From Pseudomonadota bacterium (GTDB lineage: Bacteria > Desulfobacterota > UBA8473): a stretch of 62,575 nt of DNA. Each line of letters starts with the position of its first letter. Within the stretch, counting starts at the first letter, position 1. Made by a program: the position numbers and the translations under genes. The notes beneath the pieces were generated by a model, which was given only the letters and a program-made list of their open reading frames with translations, was not told the DNA's origin and searched no databases. The DNA lies in contig JBDRGH010000003.1 of NCBI GenBank assembly GCA_043818015.1, positions 1 through 62,575 on the forward strand, given 5' to 3'. Positions 28,180-36,614 of this stretch are shown here, piece by piece.

Positions 28180-28395
28180 TTAGTCTTTTTTATACTTTTC
28201 AGCAAATTTTGAACCTATTTTGCCACCAAATAGAAGACTTATAAGCGTGGCATCACCAACTGTAAAATTGAACAGTTCCCCTTTCATAAAACACAGACCA
28301 GACCAAGTTCCTATAATTGTAAAAATAGTAATAGCCCACACAATTCTTGTGATGGATAAATTACCATCATCATCCTGAAATGCTTTCGCTGCCAT
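28180..28395 (-). CDS. small two-TM membrane protein
   Basis: 71 aa. Hydrophobic segments IVWAITIFTIIGTWSGLCF and ATLISLLFGG, with a basic C-terminus. Confidence 0.45.
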   Translation of the reverse strand: MAAKAFQDDDGNLSITRIVWAITIFTIIGTWSGLCFMKGELFNFTVGDATLISLLFGGKIGSKFAEKYKKD

Positions 28396-28407
28396 CTTAA
28401 ACCCCCT

Positions 28408-28782
28408 TTATCTCGCTAATATTAACCAAGCATTAAGAGCAGTAGCTTGACTTGTATACTCAACTGCTCCAATTTTCATAAATGGGCAAGCTTCTGGATC
28501 AAAATATGCAGCATCTGTACCAGCAGCAGCTTCTCCAGTAATACTTGTCCCGCTTGTGGCGATCTTTGATGCTCCAGTAGGAATAACATAGTCCCCTGCA
28601 TACTGCTCAGAAATTGAATATACCCATGTGATTCTGCCTCCTCCAGTGATAGCCCACTTTAGAGTGAAAGCATTATATCCGGCTGGTATCCTTATCGGAT
28701 CTGACCACGTGGTCGTGCCAGAAGCAGCTGTGGTGAAAGATATCGGTATCACATGGGGTGCTGGATTTTGTAACCATCCCAT
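28408..28782 (-). CDS. hypothetical beta-rich protein
   Basis: 124-aa ORF with GGGAGG upstream of its ATG. First gene after the terminator-like hairpin. Confidence 0.45.
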   Translation of the reverse strand: MGWLQNPAPHVIPISFTTAASGTTTWSDPIRIPAGYNAFTLKWAITGGGRITWVYSISEQYAGDYVIPTGASKIATSGTSITGEAAAGTDAAYFDPEACPFMKIGAVEYTSQATALNAWLILAR

Positions 28783-28801
28783 AATCTTACCTCCCTATTT
28801 T

Positions 28802-28830
28802 AAAAAGGACATCCCAATCGCGAGATGCCC
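28802..28830 (-). terminator. intrinsic terminator-like hairpin
   Basis: The minus strand reads GGGCATCTC-GCGATT-GGGATGTCC (9-bp stem including 2 G-U pairs) followed by TTTTT. It begins 13 nt after the stop of 28843..29388. Confidence 0.5.
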
Positions 28831-28842
28831 TTCTCTCCTTGA

Positions 28843-29388
28843 TCATACTCCCACTGCTATCCAGTGGATTGTACAGCCTGTCCATCCCGTCACGCCTGAT
28901 CTTCCAGGAGTACAAGTTGCACAGAGGCCAGCCGAATCCATGGTATTGAGACGCAGGGTAACGCCACCACCAGTACCAAGGGCATTCCTCTGAAAGTGTC
29001 TTCCATGAGGATAATCTGCCCGTCCCGTGGTAACTGAACTGCTCTCGTAAGAAAAGACAAATGCATGGATAGTAGTCAGTCCGGTAGTAATCTGCACAGT
29101 GCCATCAGAAAGTGTCGTACCGCTAGGATTCAGTGCTCCTGATACCAGGCTAAAAGCTCCTCTATAGATCTTATATGCTGCCTGGCCGAAATCCACACTT
29201 CCATGAAGTGTCGCAGTTGCGGCAGCAGTTATATCTTGAGATGTAGTTCCAACCAAAGCGCCAACAAAATCCGTGGCTATTATTTCAGCGTTTGGACCGT
29301 CGATTGTTACTCCAGAAGGTTTTGTGGTAAGGTAATGGGTTTCTACCGTATTTCCAGATCTTGTTAATCTTGTCTTTTTACGTGCCAT
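28843..29388 (-). CDS. tandem paralogue 3 of a 180-aa family (function unknown)
   Basis: MARKKTRLTRSGNT...HGSVDFGQAAYKIY...CTIHWIAVGV; AAGGAGG upstream of the ATG. Confidence 0.65.
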   Translation of the reverse strand: MARKKTRLTRSGNTVETHYLTTKPSGVTIDGPNAEIIATDFVGALVGTTSQDITAAATATLHGSVDFGQAAYKIYRGAFSLVSGALNPSGTTLSDGTVQITTGLTTIHAFVFSYESSSVTTGRADYPHGRHFQRNALGTGGGVTLRLNTMDSAGLCATCTPGRSGVTGWTGCTIHWIAVGV

Positions 29389-29402
29389 ATCTATTTACCT
29401 CC

Positions 29403-29951
29403 TTAAACTCCCACTGCTATCCAGTGGATTGTACAGCCCGAGTATGAGTCAGCGCCAGGAAAACCGAGAGGTGTGCAGGCTGAAACAACGCCGGCAGCAC
29501 TGATGGCATTGAGGAACACGGTAACTCCGCCGGCAGTCTTATATCCAACCGCATGATGTATCAGTCTTGGGAAAGTTGGATTACCTTGCGAAGCTGCGCT
29601 GTGCTCTAGAGATATCTGAATCGCATGAATGGTGGTCAATCCTGTAGTAAACTGTATGGTGCCGGCAGAAAGAGGAGTCCCTCCAGCAATTCCTGATCCT
29701 GATGTCAGATGCTCCGCTCCCATGTAGACCTTGTATGCTGCCTGGCCGAAATCCACACTTCCATGAAGGGTTCCAGTCACATCACCACCAACCACTGTTC
29801 CAGTCAGAGTTCCAACTAAGTTGCCAGTAAATGTGTCAGCAGTCGCTGTTGCATTTGGCCCGTCGATTGTCACTCCAGAGGGTTTTGTAACAAGGTAATA
29901 AGCTTCTATCGTATTTCCAGATCTTGTCCATCTTGTCTTTTTACGTGCCAT
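29403..29951 (-). CDS. tandem paralogue 2 of a 180-aa family (function unknown)
   Basis: MARKKTRWTRSGNT...HGSVDFGQAAYKVY...CTIHWIAVGV; AAGGAGG upstream of the ATG. Confidence 0.65.
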   Translation of the reverse strand: MARKKTRWTRSGNTIEAYYLVTKPSGVTIDGPNATATADTFTGNLVGTLTGTVVGGDVTGTLHGSVDFGQAAYKVYMGAEHLTSGSGIAGGTPLSAGTIQFTTGLTTIHAIQISLEHSAASQGNPTFPRLIHHAVGYKTAGGVTVFLNAISAAGVVSACTPLGFPGADSYSGCTIHWIAVGV

Positions 29952-29965
29952 ATCTATTTACCTCC

Positions 29966-30508
29966 TTAAACTCCCACTGCCATCCAGTGGATTGTGGCTC
30001 CCGTCCAGTCTAGAAGACCAGGTGTGCAAGGTACACATACATTGGCAGCACTAATAGTATTAAGAAATACGGTGACGCCACTGGCAGTCTTATATCCAGT
30101 CATATAGTGCATACCCCTTGGAAAGAGAGAATGGCCTTGCGAGGTTGCGCTGCTTTCCAGAGATACAGAGAGTGAATGAATAGCAGTTAATCCTGTAAGG
30201 AACTGGATAGTGCCAGCAGAAAGGGTCGTTCCTCCGGCAGCTGTCACTCCCGCGTTGTCTCCTAATCCGTGTGCTCCCATGTAGACCTTGTATGCTGCCT
30301 GGCCGAAATCCACGCTACCGTGAAAAGTGCCAGTCACATTACCAGTCAAAGTACCAGTTAAATCACCAGTTAAATCACCAGTTAAAGTTATGGCTCCCAA
30401 TGTCGCATTTGGACCGTCGATTGTTACTCCGGAACCAGGCAAGGTAGTAAGGTAGTAAAGTTCTGCTGTACCCCCCGAACGGGTAAGTCTTGTTTTTCGT
30501 CTTCCCAT
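29966..30508 (-). CDS. tandem paralogue 1 of a 180-aa family (function unknown)
   Basis: I prefer the start at MGRRKTRLTRSGGT (codon 12 of the track ORF), which has AAAGGAGGA 8 nt upstream. Ends ATIHWMAVGV. Confidence 0.65.
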   Translation of the reverse strand: MGRRKTRLTRSGGTAELYYLTTLPGSGVTIDGPNATLGAITLTGDLTGDLTGTLTGNVTGTFHGSVDFGQAAYKVYMGAHGLGDNAGVTAAGGTTLSAGTIQFLTGLTAIHSLSVSLESSATSQGHSLFPRGMHYMTGYKTASGVTVFLNTISAANVCVPCTPGLLDWTGATIHWMAVGV

Positions 30509-30531
30509 AATTACGATTCCTCCTTTTTTAT

Positions 30532-30768
30532 TTAAAGCCAAGTTGGAGAGGAATATCGCGAACTCATCTCTGCTTGGCTTTCGTGAAAGGCTGATAGCCT
30601 TTCTTGCACTTCTTCTCGATCGTCCAGAAAGTCCTTCTCCCAGACGACCAACGTGCTAAATCCATACTGCTTAAAGTGGTCGATCCTGCACTGAGGACCG
30701 TCCCCTTCATGCCAATAGTTGCCGAACAATTCTATCAGCTTCTTCTGGCCGTCGACGTTCGCAATGGG
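30532..30768 (-). pseudogene. C-terminal remnant of a Vsr/DUF559-like (PD-(D/E)XK) endonuclease
   Basis: The open frame has no ATG and reads ANVDGQKKLIELFGNYWHEGDGPQCRIDHFKQYGFSTLVVWEKDF. This matches only the xxGxYWH...G(F/W)xVxxxWE tail of such nucleases; the N-terminal part is absent. Confidence 0.35.
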
Positions 30769-30811
30769 TTAGCCAGATGAGAACATCAGCTAACCCATTG
30801 ATTTTATTAGA

Positions 30812-31978
30812 TTAAGTACTCTTAAAAACGAATCTGAAATCGCGGGCACCAACCCCTCCATAAAATCTTACTTTATGCCGAGATTTGATGTCAGCTTCAA
30901 ATTCCCTGTAGTGGCCAGGCTTGGCGTCCATCGTCTGCAGCGGCCATACATTTATCCACAAGAAGCACCTTTTAAAGTCACCCCAGTACCAGTATGAACT
31001 CGAATTGGCAGTGATCCACGGCGACGTGTAAGGCACGAACTTTCCGCGCCAGTATGACGGTGCCCTTTCAGCAGTCTCCGGGTGCGTCGGCGAACTGGAC
31101 AGCTCCCAGGCCTCCTCCATGAGGTCGACGGGGAACAGGGCCGGCTTGCCGATGATGCTGGCAAGCATGTAGTTCGTCTCTGGACTGTCGTCCGTCATTT
31201 GGTGCGCCAGCTTCTCCACTGCCGCAAGTCCTGCCGCCCCGAAGGGGTTGCTGGCCGCCAGGTTGTCCCCCGTGTGCGCAGTCGTGGTGCTCGCGTTGCC
31301 GTAGATGGCGACGGCGCTGTCGCCAGGCATCCACACATTGCTGTTGGCGTCGATGCAGCCCTGCACGATCAACTGTTCTTTCTTGGCCGCACAGCCTTCT
31401 CCTATTCCTTTGGCTTTAAGGAGTATTTGGCCCGTCTGATCCATCATGATCAACTCTTCCGTGACGTCGATGATCCTCCCCCACTTTGTCGTCTTGATGG
31501 TCACATACTTCTCCTCGAAGCCGGTTCCCTCATAATCCTTGCCTTCCGGAACTTCCAGAGGAAGGACATGGGCGGTCGTTCCCGTGATCGTCTCCTTCTT
31601 CAGCTTACCAGGCATCTCCGTGACCAAGTACTGCCCGATCGTGTCGACGCTGTTGTAGCCCTCGATCATCGTCTTGCTGATCAAGGCTCCGGTGATCTTC
31701 TCGAACGAGCCGGTCCCGACGGCCTCTCTCTTTGTCCTACCCCACAGACCAACGTCGGGATAGAAATTATGTCCCGTGTCCACATAGAGTGCCCCCCTCG
31801 GGGTCCTCATGAGCGGAGCATTGTCGGTAAAGGCATCCCAAAGCTCCCTGATGGATATCTCTTCGGGCTTGATCTCATCCTTTTGGATTGCCTCCATGAT
31901 GATGTCCACGACAGCTATGGCTCCCAGACTCTCGTAAAGCTCCTTTAAGTTTCCTCTCCCTTTTTCGTTAAAAGCCAT
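30812..31978 (-). CDS. major capsid protein (probable)
   Basis: 388-aa ORF with a strong AAGGAGG site. It follows the scaffold and decoration-like genes. GC-rich backbone composition. Confidence 0.6.
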   Translation of the reverse strand: MAFNEKGRGNLKELYESLGAIAVVDIIMEAIQKDEIKPEEISIRELWDAFTDNAPLMRTPRGALYVDTGHNFYPDVGLWGRTKREAVGTGSFEKITGALISKTMIEGYNSVDTIGQYLVTEMPGKLKKETITGTTAHVLPLEVPEGKDYEGTGFEEKYVTIKTTKWGRIIDVTEELIMMDQTGQILLKAKGIGEGCAAKKEQLIVQGCIDANSNVWMPGDSAVAIYGNASTTTAHTGDNLAASNPFGAAGLAAVEKLAHQMTDDSPETNYMLASIIGKPALFPVDLMEEAWELSSSPTHPETAERAPSYWRGKFVPYTSPWITANSSSYWYWGDFKRCFLWINVWPLQTMDAKPGHYREFEADIKSRHKVRFYGGVGARDFRFVFKST

Positions 31979-31995
31979 GATTCATGACCTCCTTC

Positions 31996-32499
31996 TCATT
32001 GAATTTTCCCTCCGGGGCCGATGATCGACCTCAAAAGGAATGTAATGCTTGCACCCCTCACCACATCTCTCCTGGCATAACCAAGAGGATAGGTGGATCC
32101 GGACTCCCACAGCACAACCTTCTGGCTGTAGAGCGAGGTGCCAGATCCTGCCGGCATGGCCACTTGGCCGACCTTGTAAGTCTTCGGCGACCTCAGCGGA
32201 AATTTGAAATATCCGCTCGTGGCGACCGCGATGTTCTCGGTCGTGCCAGAATCAGAACTACCTGACGCCACCCCGAGAAAGTTATCGGCAGCCAGCTTCT
32301 GGTTGCTTGCCAACGTCTTGGTCGCCCCACCGATCATACTGAACGGATATGCTGAATTGTTGGCGGTGGAAGTCCCGTTGTTTCTGAGTCCATCCATCCT
32401 GTCGAGGAAGATCAGATCTCCCTTCTCAATCTCGGTCGAGCCCCTCGCCTCCACTGCCACCGACAACGTTGGCCATTTTATGTGCCGATTGGTATCCAC
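31996..32499 (-). CDS. head decoration-like protein (DUF2190-like), paralogue B
   Basis: 167 aa. Shares SAYPF, FLGVA...G.T..IAVATSGYFKFPL with the upstream paralogue. Confidence 0.4.
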   Translation of the reverse strand: MDTNRHIKWPTLSVAVEARGSTEIEKGDLIFLDRMDGLRNNGTSTANNSAYPFSMIGGATKTLASNQKLAADNFLGVASGSSDSGTTENIAVATSGYFKFPLRSPKTYKVGQVAMPAGSGTSLYSQKVVLWESGSTYPLGYARRDVVRGASITFLLRSIIGPGGKIQ

Positions 32500-32510
32500 A
32501 CACCAGCCTT

Positions 32511-33038
32511 TTAAGTCATGCCTCCTGTCACAATAGCTCCACGACCATATTTTGTACAGATGGCGATCCTGGCCGTCTTTGCTGAAACTTTCGTTTCACA
32601 CACCCAACCAATGGAAACTCCAGCGGCATTCAGATGCACGGTGTATGAAGCCGTGGTGCCCGACGTTGCTGAAAAGCCAGTTGGATGAGCCAATGCAAGA
32701 GCGCCAACAGTGATGCCTGACGTCGCCTTAAGCGGAAATTCAAACACTCCAGCGGTGGCACAGGCGATTGTGTCTGTGCTGCCGTGAGGACTGTCGTCCA
32801 AGGCAACCCCACAGAAAGAAAAGTTGAGGCGTGTCGTTCCAGATGCCGACGTTGCCACAGTAGATGCAGATGCAAACGGATAGGCATAATTGGTGCCTCC
32901 AGATTTGGCTCTCAAAGCCGTGTTAAGATCAATCCAGCCGCTCTTGGCGACGATCATCAGGTCTCCAGGCTTGACGGTAACGCAGTCAGGCACTGTGACG
33001 TTGATGGGCAGCATATCTCCGTATAAATGTCTGTTCAT
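32511..33038 (-). CDS. head decoration-like protein (DUF2190-like), paralogue A
   Basis: 175 aa. KPGDLMIV, YAYPF, FCGVALDDSPHGSTDTIACATAGVFEFPL. Confidence 0.4.
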   Translation of the reverse strand: MNRHLYGDMLPINVTVPDCVTVKPGDLMIVAKSGWIDLNTALRAKSGGTNYAYPFASASTVATSASGTTRLNFSFCGVALDDSPHGSTDTIACATAGVFEFPLKATSGITVGALALAHPTGFSATSGTTASYTVHLNAAGVSIGWVCETKVSAKTARIAICTKYGRGAIVTGGMT

Positions 33039-33068
33039 AGTTCATTTCCTCCTTCATTTTTCTTATTT

Positions 33069-33578
33069 TTAGGCTCGAATGGATTCGACAACTTCTTTCT
33101 TCTTTGCATCAGTCACCTTGGCACCGCCCTCTAGTACAAACTCCTCACCAGACTCCGTGACCTTGCCCTTTGTGGCCTCGGCAATGTGTTGTCGCTCTTC
33201 GATGGCCTTTTTAATCTCTTCATCATCAAGCTTGAGCAGACTCTCCATGAAAAATTCAGTCTTGAGCTCCTTTGGGAGTTTGGCCTCCTCAACAAGCTTG
33301 TTGACTGCTATTTTCTTCTCAGACAGGCTCTTCTCAGCCTTGAATGTGTCGTTTTCGCCTTTGAGTTGATCATTTTCCTTTTTGAGGTCCTCATTTTCCT
33401 TCTTGAGGTCCTCATTGTCCCTTGACAGCTCCTGGTTGGTCGTGGCCTCTGCTTCCACCTTGTCCGTAAGAGTCTTGATCTCCTCGTTGGGATCGGTGCT
33501 CTCTTGGATGGCCTTGAACAGCACAGGATTATACTGCTTGATATTCTCTATCGTTAATTTATCGATTCCTATTTCCAT
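33069..33578 (-). CDS. scaffolding-like coiled-coil protein
   Basis: 169-aa highly charged ORF with heptad-like repeats (NEDLKKENEDLKKENDQLKGEND), upstream of the capsid genes. Confidence 0.5.
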   Translation of the reverse strand: MEIGIDKLTIENIKQYNPVLFKAIQESTDPNEEIKTLTDKVEAEATTNQELSRDNEDLKKENEDLKKENDQLKGENDTFKAEKSLSEKKIAVNKLVEEAKLPKELKTEFFMESLLKLDDEEIKKAIEERQHIAEATKGKVTESGEEFVLEGGAKVTDAKKKEVVESIRA

Positions 33579-33605
33579 CTTTTGGTTCCTCCTATTGATT
33601 TTGAT

Positions 33606-34850
33606 TTAGTCTGGCAAAACAACAGATGGAAAGACTACCACCGGTTGGTCTGCCAGTTGCGCCAGTTCAGGCTTTTCGCCTTCTTCTGGCTTAACTTTCG
33701 GCAAAATTTTTCCAAGTTCCTTCTCCAAATCGTCAAGAACATTGTTGATCTGCTTCCGCTTTTCAGAAAAGGTCTTAAATTCACCATTCTTGTCTCTCAT
33801 GAGATCGTAGATCATGTCGTTGGCCTTCCACATCAGCGAACTGGCCTTACTACGGATCTCGTCCTGTTTGATTTTGTCTGATAAGATACCCTCTTTAATA
33901 TCTCCTATCAGCCGAGGAAAGTATTCTTCAAGGATGGAAGACAGCTGCTCTGCAAGCTCCACATCTTCCTCATCAAGCTTCTCATCTGTGCTCTCCCAAA
34001 GATTATCTATCGTGGCTCCGGAAGCGACAAGGTCGACCGAATGAAGCTTGTCTACATCGACTATGGACTCCTTTCCCTTGTCATCAACGAACACCCTCAC
34101 ACGACTGTTGACACTGTTTCCGACCTTGGCGGGTTGCATCAAAGCTATGTCCTGCACAAGATCCCAATAAGCCTCCCTCACGAAAAGGTCTGCATGGATT
34201 TTGTCTCCGTTTTTTCTTGGCGAATCATAGACTCCGACCCAGTCCTTCAGGTCCCTCACGCCATCCCTGTCCTTCGTTTCACTTTTCGAGGGATGGTTCA
34301 AAAAGCACTTCACTCCCTGAGAAAGCCTGACGAGAGAGTCGATGGCCTTGTCCGTGTAGACATAGCCGTTATCACTTTCTCTCTTCCCAAAAATACAGAC
34401 GTTCTTGATCATGTAGTTTTCAGGGTCTATGTTCTCTTCCTTGACATCTGCCATCGGATTCGACAGCTGCTCTGATATCTCCCTGTAACGCATGCCCAAT
34501 CCGAAAGGTCTGAACAAATGGAGTTTCTGCTTCTTCGCATATTGGCCTATTTTGTGCTTCTTCAAAAGATCGTCTATCTTCTTCCTCACATCAGCAGGGA
34601 TGCTCATCGGCTTGCCTGTTCTGGCACCAGCTATTGCTGCTGCTATTGCCCTCAAGGCTCCGAGATTGACATTGCCAGCTTCGTCCTTGTAAGGCAAATG
34701 CCAAAGATCCTTAGTTTTCCCGTCTCCCTCTATCCACAAGAATGCTGATTTTGGAAGCTTGCTTTTGTCCACGTCTGCCCAGCTTTTATCCGAAACTCCC
34801 TCCTCTATCTGAAGGGTGAGCAAATGTTCTATAGTATCTCTTTCGTCCAT
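33606..34850 (-). CDS. putative prohead protease/scaffold-type head maturation protein
   Basis: 414 aa, between the head morphogenesis and scaffold genes. N-terminal motif KSKLPKSAFLWIEGDGK...WHLPYKD...LRAIAAAIAGARTG, as seen in phage head-processing proteins. The assignment is tentative. Confidence 0.35.
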   Translation of the reverse strand: MDERDTIEHLLTLQIEEGVSDKSWADVDKSKLPKSAFLWIEGDGKTKDLWHLPYKDEAGNVNLGALRAIAAAIAGARTGKPMSIPADVRKKIDDLLKKHKIGQYAKKQKLHLFRPFGLGMRYREISEQLSNPMADVKEENIDPENYMIKNVCIFGKRESDNGYVYTDKAIDSLVRLSQGVKCFLNHPSKSETKDRDGVRDLKDWVGVYDSPRKNGDKIHADLFVREAYWDLVQDIALMQPAKVGNSVNSRVRVFVDDKGKESIVDVDKLHSVDLVASGATIDNLWESTDEKLDEEDVELAEQLSSILEEYFPRLIGDIKEGILSDKIKQDEIRSKASSLMWKANDMIYDLMRDKNGEFKTFSEKRKQINNVLDDLEKELGKILPKVKPEEGEKPELAQLADQPVVVFPSVVLPD

Positions 34851-34861
34851 AGAAAGTTCTC

Positions 34862-35254
34862 CTACTTTTTAGGAGTCAGCTTCGAGCCCACAGTTCCGAC
34901 TCCTGTCAAAGGTGTGCCGCAGACAGAGCATTTGATCTTGTTGCAAGGAACGCCTCTCTCGTGAGAAACGGCCTTCTTATACTCGGAGCACTTCGCATTC
35001 GGACAGGCACATCCATCAGTGCCACCGGCCCCTGCCGGTGCCTTGCCTTGCCCTTTCTGCTCTTTCTTGGCAGCCGGTTCAAAAGTGCCTCCCTTGCCAT
35101 CGCAATGCTTCTTGGCAGTAGCCTCCGTCCATTTGCCGACTGGATAACGGAAAGCCTGGGCCTCCGAACCCCCACCTTTCTTGAAGCCAATCACGATGTT
35201 GGGATTGACCTTTGCATTATATACGAAACGTGTGTATCCTTTCGGATCATGCAC
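34862..35254 (-). CDS. hypothetical Cys-rich protein
   Basis: 130-aa ORF with a GTG start in the track. C-terminal cysteines CACPNAKC...CNKIKCSVC. Confidence 0.35.
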   Translation of the reverse strand: MHDPKGYTRFVYNAKVNPNIVIGFKKGGGSEAQAFRYPVGKWTEATAKKHCDGKGGTFEPAAKKEQKGQGKAPAGAGGTDGCACPNAKCSEYKKAVSHERGVPCNKIKCSVCGTPLTGVGTVGSKLTPKK

Positions 35255-35344
35255 ACGACAGCTATGGAAATTTTCGTAAGGCGACTTCTTTCTCCTTCTA
35301 TTTTACGATTCCAGCAATCTGTTCTGAACTATGGAAATTGGTAA

Positions 35345-35540
35345 AATTCTTCATTTCTTCTGATTATAATAAATAACTTTAAAGTTAAAAAATAATTCAA
35401 CCGCTTTCTAACTAAATATTTCTCATTTTTCTTCACCAAATAAGAAAAATCCTTTAATTACTAATAGTTAGATAGCTATTTTTCTTTTTCCCTTACCAAG
35501 CAGATATATAATTTCCCCTAAAACTTCCTATTTCCATTAA
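35345..35540 (-). promoter_or_regulatory. AT-rich intergenic region, candidate promoter for the head operon
   Basis: Long AT-rich gap between GC-rich genes. There is a perfect minus-strand TATAAT at 35367-35362, but I found no good -35 element. Confidence 0.25.
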
Positions 35541-36614
35541 TCATCTTTTCTTTTTAGCTTTCACCTTCAGCTTCTCAACAGTCAGTAGCCTATTGTCCTT
35601 CACCATCTCGCTGAACTGGATCTTCCCGTCCTTCCACAGACTATAGCGACTCTTGCCCATGATGCCCTCTACAAAGCCCGGGGACTCAAGCTCCTGCGCC
35701 TTGAGCCAGTCATGGTAGGTGACTGTCGACGGAATCTGGCCGCCCATGTTATCTATCGTCTCCTTCGGGAACTCTTCCCTGTTTATCCCAAGTTCCTTCC
35801 AAGATCTGGTGCAGGGAGAATAACAACATCGGCAGAAGGGGTGTTTTGGCAAAATAGGAGCGTCGGCAATGTTGCTATCATACAAAAATATTCTCCCATC
35901 ATCACTCCCGCATACCAAACATGTCCTTCTATCAAGGGTAGACGTATATTGTATACCCTTCAGCACGTCCTGATTTGCATCGTACACCGCCTTGCTGACA
36001 CTGTTGCTCACCCTCTGGATCTCCGTCCTGGCTATCATCGCTGACCTGTCGACGAGGATCCGTCCCAATTTTCCGCCCATCTGTCTGCCCAGTCCGATCA
36101 GCTCCCTGCGAGCAGTGGCCATGTCCTCGCCGGTGATCACTGCCTGGGCCAACCGACCTCTGATGGCCCTTACTGCCTCTGCGTTGTGCCACAGCATCCG
36201 ATCTCCAAACAGCTCTCCCAGCATCGGCTGCTCCACCAGCGCAAAGATCTGTTCAGCAAGCAGCCTATTCAGGACGATCCCCACTCTGCCCAGAACGTCG
36301 GCCAACGGTCCCTCTGCCAGACCGGCCTGTACCGCAGCAAACTCGTTCAACTGGCCTATCAAGTTTGCAACGGAGCTGGAAGTGGCAGCATCCAACACCA
36401 CATTGATCTCGTCCACCATGTTCTGAAGTCTCTGCATACGCCATTCGCGGGTGAAGCCAGACCATAGTTCCGCCTGTGCCATCCTGGCATGGAGAATCGC
36501 CTTGGCCTCCATGAATGGCTGAACGACCTGCTGGATGGCATTGTTCTCGAACCTACGAATGTAGTGAGCCTGCCTCAAGATCTGGTTTCTCAGTTGGGTG
36601 TTTATGTCCGTCAT
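35541..36614 (-). CDS. head morphogenesis protein, SPP1 gp7 / Mu F family
   Basis: ARTEIQRVSNS...TSTLDRRTCLVCGSDDGRIF motif. Positioned after the portal. Confidence 0.8.
   Translation of the reverse strand: MTDINTQLRNQILRQAHYIRRFENNAIQQVVQPFMEAKAILHARMAQAELWSGFTREWRMQRLQNMVDEINVVLDAATSSSVANLIGQLNEFAAVQAGLAEGPLADVLGRVGIVLNRLLAEQIFALVEQPMLGELFGDRMLWHNAEAVRAIRGRLAQAVITGEDMATARRELIGLGRQMGGKLGRILVDRSAMIARTEIQRVSNSVSKAVYDANQDVLKGIQYTSTLDRRTCLVCGSDDGRIFLYDSNIADAPILPKHPFCRCCYSPCTRSWKELGINREEFPKETIDNMGGQIPSTVTYHDWLKAQELESPGFVEGIMGKSRYSLWKDGKIQFSEMVKDNRLLTVEKLKVKAKKKR

Noticed and set aside
28843-30508. The three tandem paralogues as RiPP-type precursor substrates of the radical SAM enzymes
   Set aside because: The proteins are about 180 aa and beta-rich. 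They lie on the capsid transcript, about 9 kb or more from the nearest radical SAM gene, and show no leader/core architecture. A structural role is more plausible.
30763-30799. Hairpin AATGGGTTAGC-N15-GCTAACCCATT as the intrinsic terminator of the capsid gene
   Set aside because: On the coding (minus) strand it is not followed by a T-tract, and the loop is large. The T-rich run lies only on the plus strand, where there are no genes.
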